Source of the DNA: Cyanophora paradoxa CCMP329
Taxonomy: Eukaryota > Plantae > Glaucophyta
Length of the DNA: 64,000 nt
Direction: 5' to 3'
Assembly (NCBI GenBank): GCA_004431415.1
Contig: QPMI01000687.1
Location: forward strand, 26,745-90,744
In this document: piece after piece, positions 56,345-64,000 of the stretch
How positions within the stretch are numbered: position 1 is the first letter of the stretch
How the letters are laid out: the number at the start of each line of letters is the position of its first letter
Position numbers and translations under genes: made by a program
The notes under the pieces: model-generated
What the model was told of the DNA's origin: nothing
Databases searched by the model: none
The model's input: the letters and a program-made list of their open reading frames with translations, nothing else

Positions 56345-59300
56345 ATGGTCAAGGCCTACCTAAGATATGTGCTCCATCAAACGTTCGGCGTTGTCGTCAG
56401 CCACAACTCGAACATCGCTCTCGATGGCACGGGCAAGATCGCGTACTGCCCGGCGCTGGAGAACGTGGCAATATGGAACATCAAGACCGGCACGCTGGTG
56501 AGATGCAGCCCGCGCAGCCTGCAGCGCCCGCCGGGGCGAGATCGGCCCGTCTGCGCTTGCGCCCCAATCCACGTACGCGATCCTCACGTACACGTGCGTC
56601 GCCGATCGCAGGTGAGGCAGCTAACGGGGGAGGGCAAGGGAGAAGTCACGTGCCTCGCGCTCAGCCCGGATGAGAAGACCCTCGCCGTCGGGTGCGCCGG
56701 CCCCGCCGTGGCTGCGCGCCGGCGAGGGCGAGCGAGGGCCGGCAGGCACGCGACGGGGGCGATTCGGCTGTGGAACATCGCGCAGGGGACGAGCACGGTG
56801 TCGTTCGCGGGGCACAAGTCGGCGATCTCGGCGCTGCGCTTCAACGGGGACGGCTCGCTGCTCGCCTCGGGCGCCCGCGACACGGACCTCGTCCTCTGGG
56901 ACGTCATCGCCGAGAGCGGCCTCTACAGGTGCGCGGGGCCGGCGGGGCGGGGCGGGCGGGGCGGGGCGGGGCCTGAGGGGCGGGCAGGCTGCGGGGCCAC
57001 AAGGACGCGATCACGGACGTGGCGTTCCTCGAGGCCCGCCGCCAGCTCGTCTCCTCCTCCAAGGACACCCTCCTCAAGGCCCGCCCCCCCCCCCACCTCC
57101 GCCCCCCGCCCGAAAGCGAGGCGGGGCGGGGCGGGGCGGCGCCAGGTGTGGGACCTGGAGACGCAGCACTGCGTGCAGACGATCGTGGGGCACCGGGGGG
57201 AGGTGACGGCGATGGCGGTGGACCCCGCGCAGGCGCGCCTCGTCACCGCCTCCTCCGCCGACGACGAGCTCCGCTTCTTCGCCCTCCCCGCCCCCGCCGC
57301 CCCCGCCGCCCCCGACCCCGACCCCGAGGGCGCCCCCGAGGCGGCCTCGGGCCCGGCGGAGCTCGCGCTGCTGGGCTCGCTGCGGCGCGAGAGCAAGGAG
57401 CGGGTCGTCACCCTCCGCTACCACCCCTCCGGCTCCATCCTCGGCTGCCAGACCGCCGACAAGATCGTCCAGGCCCGCCCCGCCCCGCCCCGCCCCGCCC
57501 CGCTCCTGCGCCGCCGACGGGGCGCAGCTCTTCCGAGTGCACTCGGCGGAGGAGGCGCAGCGGCGGGCCAAGCGCCGCCGCAAGCGCCTCCGCGAGAAGC
57601 AGCGCGCCAAGGGCGAGGGGGAGGCGGGGGCGGGGGAGGGGGAGGGGGCCGGGGAGGGGGAGGAGGGTGTGGCCCTGCGGGACGAGGTGGCGGGGCTGGC
57701 GATGGTGCGCGCCTCGCACAAGCTCCGCTCCTTCGCCTTCGGGCCCCTCGCCCCCGCCAAGGCCGGCGCCAAGGAGGCGGCGCCCCGCGTCACCCTCCTC
57801 GCCGCCCTCACCAACAACGCCCTCGAGCTCTACGCGGTGGGGGCCCCCGGCGAGGGCGCCTCCAAGGCCTCCGAGGGGGCGACGGGCGTGGGCGAGCGCG
57901 TGGGGGCCCTGGAGGGGGCCGGCCACCGCTCCGACGTCCGCGCCCTCGCCCTCTCCGCCGACGACGCCCTCCTCGCCTCCACCTCCAGCGGCCCGCCCCG
58001 CCCGCCCTGCCCCGCCCCGCCCCGCCGCCTCACGTGCCCGCAGGCTCGCTGAAGGTGTGGAACGCGCGGACGCGGCAGTGCGTGCGGACGGTGGCCTCGG
58101 GCTACGGCACGTGCGTGCTCTTCGTACCGGGGGCGAAGCAGGTGCTGGTGGGGACCAAGTCGGGCGCCTTGGAGCTCTACGAGGTGGCCTCGGGGGCGCT
58201 CCTGGAGGCCGTGCGGGCGCACGAGGGCACCGTCTGGTCCCTCGCCCTCCGCCCCGACCGCTGCGGCATCGCCTCCGCCGGCGCCGACAAGACGGCCCGC
58301 CCCGCCCCGCACCCGCCCCGCACCCCCGCCCCCCGCTGAGCGCCCCGCAGGTCAAGTTCTGGGACTTCGAGCTCGTCAGCGACCCCGAGTACTCCGCCGT
58401 GCGCCCCCCGCCGCCCCCGCCGCCCCGCCGCCCGGCGCGAGGGCGCTGCAGACGGCGAAGCGGGTGTCGCTGGGGCACGCGCGGACGCTGCAGCTGGAGG
58501 AGGACGTGCTGGGCGTGCGCTACAGCCCCGACGGGCGCTACCTCGCCGTCGCCCTCCTCGACTCCACCGTCAAGGCGCGCGGCGCGGGGCGGGGCCGCGG
58601 GGCGGGGCGCGGGGCGAGCGGGGCGGGGGCAGGTCTTCTTCGAGGACTCGCTCAAGTTCTACCTGGCGCTCTACGGGCACAAGCTCCCCGTGCTGGCCCT
58701 CGACGTCTCCTCCGACAGCACCCTCGTGGCCACCGCCTCCGCCGACAAGACCCTCAAGGTCTGGGGCCTCGACTTCGGCGACTGCCACCGCTCCCTCCGC
58801 GCCCACGCCGACAGGCCCGCCCCCGCCCCGCCCCGCCGCCCCCGGGGCCCCGCTGACGGGGCGGGGCCGGCAGCGTGACGGCGGTGCAGTTCGTGCCGCG
58901 GACGCACTACGCGTTCACGGCGGGGAAGGACGGGAAGGTGAAGTACTGGGACCTGGACAAGTTCGAGTGCGTGCTGACGCTGGACGGGCACCTGGCGGAG
59001 GCGTGGTGCCTCGCCGTCGCCTCGGACGGGTCGTTCGTGGTCTCGGGCTCGCACGACCGCTCGCTGCGGGTCTGGGAGCGCACCGAGGAGCAGGTCTTCC
59101 TCGAGGAGGAGCGCGAGCGCGCCCTCGAGGCCCTCTTCGACGCCGACGACGCCCCCGCCGGCCTCCCCGGCGAGGCCCGCCCCCGGCCCCGGCCCCGCGC
59201 TCGCGCCCCCGCCCCACGCCTCACGCCGCCGGGCGCAGGCCGGCGTGGCGATCCGGCCGATGGGCCCCGACGGGGAGCCGGTGGCGGGGGAGGAAGGGGA

Positions 59301-60411
59301 GGAGGAGGGGGGGGCGGAGAGCGGGCGGGCGGGGCGGCGGGGGGCGGAGACGCTGAAGGCCGGGGAGCGGCTGGCGGAGGCGCTGGAGCTGGCCGACGGC
59401 GAGCTCGCCAAGGCCGACGACTTCGAGCGCGCCCAGGCCGCCGCCCTCGACGCCGGCGAGACCCCCGCCGCCGTCGCCCGCATGCAGCCCCCGCCCCGTC
59501 CGCACCCCCCGCCCCTTGCCCTCGCCGCCCCCGCTGAGGGGCGGGCAGCACCCGCTGCTGGTGGCGCTGGGGCGGCTGTCGCCGCTGGAGTACGTGCTGA
59601 AGACGCTGCGGGAGGTGCGGGCGGCGGAGCTCGAGGAGGGCCTCCTGGTGCTCCCCTTCGCGCGCGCCACCTCCCTCCTCCGCCACCTCGAGGCCGCCCT
59701 CGCCGCCGTCCGCGCCGCCCCCGCCGCCCCCGCCCCGCGCCCCGCAGCCGCCCCTCACCGCCCCGCCCCCTGCAGAACCGCGACGTCGAGCTCGCCGCCC
59801 GCTGCGTCCTCTTCCTCGTCCGCGCCCACTCCCGCCAGGCGCGCTCCGCCGCCCCGCCGCGCCGCGCCGCGGGGAGCGCCTGGGGCGCTGAAGAGGACGG
59901 GGGCGGGCAGATCGCGTCGACACGGGCGCTGCGGCACACGGTGCTGGCGCTCCGCGACGTGGCCCGCGCCCGCCTGCGCGCCCGCAAGGTGCCGCCGCCC
60001 GCGCCCGCCCCCCGCGCCGGCGAGGCGGCCGCCGAGGGCCGGGCGCCGCGCAGGACCTCATCGCCTTCAACCTCGCCGCCCTCCGCTTCCTCCAGGCGCC
60101 CCCGGCCCCGGCCCCGGCCCCCCGCCCCGCCCCGCCCTGACCCCCCGCAGCGCGAGGCCGAGACCTCGGGCGCCCGCGTCTTTGGCGGCGTCTCGGAGCG
60201 GCTGGCGGCGGTGCGGGCGGCGAACGAGGCGGCCGCCAAGGGCCGCCCCGCCCTCGACGCCCAGCTCGCCTCGGCGAAGCGGGAGAAGCGTCGCGCCGCC
60301 GCCATCGCCAAGGCCCGCGCCGCCGCCGAGGAGGAGCCCGACGGCCCGCCCCCCGCCAAGAAGGCCAAGGGCGCCAAGCACAAGAAGGGCCCCAAGGCCG
60401 GCCGCCCCTGA
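56345..60411 (+). CDS. WDR3: WD repeat protein 3 / Utp12 / Dip2 (SSU processome), about 17 exons
   Basis: MVKAYLRY...FGVV, WD40 repeats, [56 protein letters not shown], and a C-terminal Utp12 domain ([23 protein letters not shown]). Confidence 0.95.
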
Positions 60412-60731
60412 CTGCCCCGCTCGGCCTTCCCGCCTGATGCGGCGTGCCCGTAGCTAGCGGCCGGATTGCAGTTCAAGAGCTAGACGCCGCAGAAGCGCTG
60501 CAAGCTTTAGATCGACGCCGCAAATTAAAGCGATGCGAACGAAGTTTTGGGGGGAAGTCTCACGACCGGGGTACACTCTTGTTCGTTGTTTTGCGAGTTA
60601 GTGCGAAGTGCGAGGTGCCGTTCTCTCTCTCCTCGCCCCTCCAGCTCGCCGTACACGGCAAAGGCAATCGTTCTGCATCTCCTGGGCCAGCGAATCGCTT
60701 CTGATTCCCTCGCCCGGGCAGACATTGCAAA

Positions 60732-62730
60732 ATGAGGAGCGCCAAGGCCGCTGACCGCAAGAAGCAGTTCAAGAAAGGTATCGATGTCGAGGAGTCGCGC
60801 CGTCGTCGCGAGGATGAGCTCCTGGAGCTGCGCAAGAACAAGAAGGAGGAGGGGCTCATGAAGAAGCGCCGTGCCGGCCAGGCCGTCGAGCCGCCGAAGG
60901 TTCAGGATGCTAGCCTCGTTCAGAAGGTGTGTTTGAGCAGGCTCTCGCCCCAATCAAGCGGACCCGTGCTAACCGCGGGAGCAGCTGGAGCGCCTGCCGC
61001 TCATGGTGAACGGTGTGAACTCCAACGATCCGCAACTGCAGCTTGATGCTACTACCGAGTTCCGCAAGCTCCTCTCCATCGGTGCGCATGAGGACCATGT
61101 CCCGGAACCTTGTTACCGTTGTGCCATTCTGACGCACAGCCCAGAGCGGAGCCCCCCGATTGAGGAGGTCATCGCTGCTGGCGTTGTTCCCCGCTTCGTG
61201 CAGTTCCTGCAGTACTCGAATATGCCCCAGCTCCAGGTGTGACGCGTCCATGCGCTGCTGGCTCCAGCATCTGACCGTTGCATCGCGACCGCGTGCAGTT
61301 CGAGGCCGCCTGGGCGCTCACTAACATTGCCTCTGGCACTTCTGAGCACACGAAGGTTGTTATGGAGAAGGGCGCTGTCCCCATTTTCGTTCAGCTGCTC
61401 CTGTCGCCGAACGACGACGTCCGCGAGCAGGTGCGCGCGTGCACGCGCCGCTGCCGCGGCCGTGCGTTCCGAAGCACTGATGCACACACGCGTGCAGGCC
61501 GTGTGGGCGCTCGGCAACATCGCCGGCGACTCGCCGAAGTGCCGCGACATTGTCCTGAGCCATGGCGCTCTCATCCCGATCCTGCAGCAGCTGCACGAGG
61601 GCCAGAAGCTCTCCATGCTGCGCAACGCCACCTGGACTCTGTCCAACTTCTGCCGCGGCAAGCCGCAGCCGGACTTCGCCATGGTGCGGCGGGGCCGGCA
61701 ATGCGCCGCCGCGTCGGCGGTCGCTGAGCCCTGCGCAGGTGAGCCCTGCGCTCCCGGTGCTGGCGCGCCTCATCTTCTCGACGGACGAGGAGGTCCTCAC
61801 GGACGCGTGCTGGGCCCTCTCCTACCTCAGCGACGGCACCAACGACAAGATCCAGGCCGTCATCGACGCCGGCGTCTGCCCGCGCCTCGTCGAGCTGCTC
61901 ATGTGCGTTCGATGCACCCTCCCTGCTTGCTCCCAGCTAACGCCCGCGCCGGCAGGCACGCCTCGCCGTCCGTGCAGACCCCCGCCCTCCGCACCGTGGG
62001 CAACATCGTCACCGGTGATGACCTCCAGACCCAGGTGCTTCGTTTTCTTTTATCCTCTTTCTCCGCGACGGCCGGGGCGTGACGGGGAGGGCAGATCATC
62101 ATCAACTGCTCGGCGCTGCCGTGCCTGCTGGCGCTGCTGCAGAGCCCGAAGAAGAGCATTCGCAAGGAGGCGTGCTGGACGATCTCGAACATCACGGCCG
62201 GCAACAAGGAGCAGATCCAGGCGGTGGTCGAGGCCGGCATCATCGTGCCCCTCATCAGCCTCCTCTCCACCGCCGAGTTCGACATCCGCAAGGAGGCGGC
62301 GTGGGCGATCTCGAACGCGACCTCGGGGGGCTCGAAGGAGCAGATCAAGTACCTGGTCAAGGCCGGCTGCATCAAGCCGCTGTGCGACCTGCTGACCGTC
62401 AGCGACGCGCGCATCATCACCGTCGCCCTCGAGGGCCTCGAGAACGTCCTCAAGGTGGGCGAGACCGAGAAGGAGGCGATGGGCGGCGCCAACGAGTTCG
62501 CCTCGGCCATCGACGAGGCCGGCGGCCTCGACAAGATCGAGCAGCTCCAGAACCACCAGAACAACGACATCTACGAGAAGGCCGTCAAGATCCTCGAGAC
62601 CTACTTCGGGCTGGAGGAGGAGGAGGACGCCAACGTGGCCCCCCAGATGGACACCTCGGCGACCACCTTCCAGTTCGGCGGCGGCGCCGCCATGCCCCAG
62701 GGCGGCTTCAACTTCGGCCAGCCGATGTAG
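60732..62730 (+). CDS. KPNA: Importin subunit alpha (karyopherin alpha)
   Basis: IBB domain ([27 protein letters not shown]), FRKLLSI|[63 protein letters not shown]. Seven GT-AG introns. Confidence 0.97.
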
Positions 62731-63749
62731 ACGGCGTCGCCGGCCCACGCGCCCCGCCGCCACGTCCGCCTCTCCTCCCGCCCCCCTTCCCGTCACACGA
62801 GACACCTACATCACTCCGACGACGGAACCACGAACCCGTCCCAACTACGCGCTCTACCCTCGGCCCCCCCACGACACGCCCCATGCGAGATCCACAGTAC
62901 CCCCGTCACTCCTCGTCCGACCCCCGACAACCAGCAACGGCTGGCACCCTCGACCCGCCACTCGCCCTCCTGACGCCCCACCGGGCACACACGTGCCCCA
63001 CTTTTTTTGACGACCGGCGCGGACGCCCGCCTACTTGACGCGGGCCGACGCGCGCGACGGTATCCTTTCTTTCAGCCCCGACGTCCTCCCTCCGTGACAT
63101 GACAGTGCTGGCTGACGCCAGCGTTTGACTTTTACATGACTGTAACAATAACATGAACGACAGATGCTTTTCACAGACCTTTTTTCAGAGCTCGGGTTGC
63201 AGTGCCAGGGGTAATTTTTGGGAAGCTGCATACTGTGTTGTTGTGCAGAGTATTTTTATGAGTTCGAATCGCACATGCAGGCTTAACCTTTTCCCGCCTC
63301 GCCCAAGCACTCCCAATGAAACCCACAATCCTGCGCTCAACTTCTGTGTCGGTGATTACTGTAATAGCAAGCCGTAAAAGCGATCGGGAGACGAGATACT
63401 CTACTCTTCTATAGAAAGTTACATACAGCTGGCCCCTATAGCTGAGCTAGCGCTAGAGCTGGGACTATGCGGGGGGGTCCCCGCGCTGTTCACGAACACC
63501 AACTTGCAAGGCAAGCTTCGATCGACGAGACGCACATCAAAAATCTCCGGGGAAAAAACAGCGAGAAGGGGGGGAGGGGGGGGGGGAGCTGTGAAGGGAG
63601 CAGGCGGGGCGGCTCAGGTGAGGTTGAGGAGGAGTGCGATGGCGAGGGCGAGGGCGGCGAGCGCCGGGGCGCCCGGCGGCGTCGCCCGCATCTCCGCCTC
63701 CCGCTCCGCCTCGGGCTCGGGCTCGGGCTCGGGGGCGCGCGGCGGTGTG

Positions 63750-64000
63750 TCAGGAGCACTGGCCGGTCCCGGAGGGACCGGCGGGGGAGCCGCCTGGGGC
63801 GGGGCGGGGCGGGGGTGAGACGGGGGAGAGCTGCGCCTGCCAGAAGGCGAGGGAGGCGAGCTCGAAGTGGAGGGTGGCGGAGAGGTCGCGGAGGCCGTGC
63901 CGCTCCCGCGGGTAGAGCTGCAGCGCGTAGGGCCGCCCCGCGGCGACGAGGGCGTTGACGAGGGCGGTCGTGTGCGCGAGGTGCACGTTCTCGTCGATCG
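63750..64000 (-). CDS. Dipeptidyl peptidase 8/9-like (S9B) C-terminus; gene continues beyond the window
   Basis: IDENVHLAHTTALVNALVAAGRPYALQLYPRERHGLR contains the catalytic Asp and His motifs typical of DPP8/9. Confidence 0.85.
   Translation of the reverse strand, partial: IDENVHLAHTTALVNALVAAGRPYALQLYPRERHGLRDLSATLHFELASLAFWQAQLSPVSPPPRPAPGGSPAGPSGTGQCS

Overview
Gene-dense, very GC-rich eukaryotic nuclear DNA, not prokaryotic. Genes are split by many short introns (mostly about 50-70 nt), so most entries in the ORF track are GC-rich shadow frames. I spliced about 19 genes by eye: cathepsin Z-like protease (partial), DUF3326 plastid protein, an unknown protein, RSL1D1, SEL1L/Hrd3, an 11-kb pseudokinase-NTPase-GAF-PAS-histidine kinase-receiver hybrid sensor, a MOB protein, a plastid thioredoxin, an ERGIC-53/VIP36 lectin, SECISBP2, EXOSC7/RRP42, a PX-domain protein, a second unknown protein, two F-box genes, a GT90 glycosyltransferase, WDR3/UTP12, importin alpha and DPP8/9 (partial). 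An MAF-type transit peptide and the cyanobacterial-type DUF3326 gene suggest an alga, plausibly a glaucophyte (inference). Main observations: (1) the PX protein's C-terminal half resembles LAMTOR1/Ego1, i.e. a possible PI3P-anchored Ragulator scaffold; (2) GC-AG introns are very common, with a G[TC][CG]CGC donor consensus; (3) G-rich and C-rich blocks alternate through gene bodies and switch synonymous codon choice; (4) a 5.9-kb CACTA-like element (CACAG termini, CCG target-site duplication) lies inside an F-box intron and carries three tandem arrays (40, 172 and 105 bp units); (5) a hAT-like MITE with an 8-bp target-site duplication. Exon boundaries and family assignments are from visual reading only; no searches were run.
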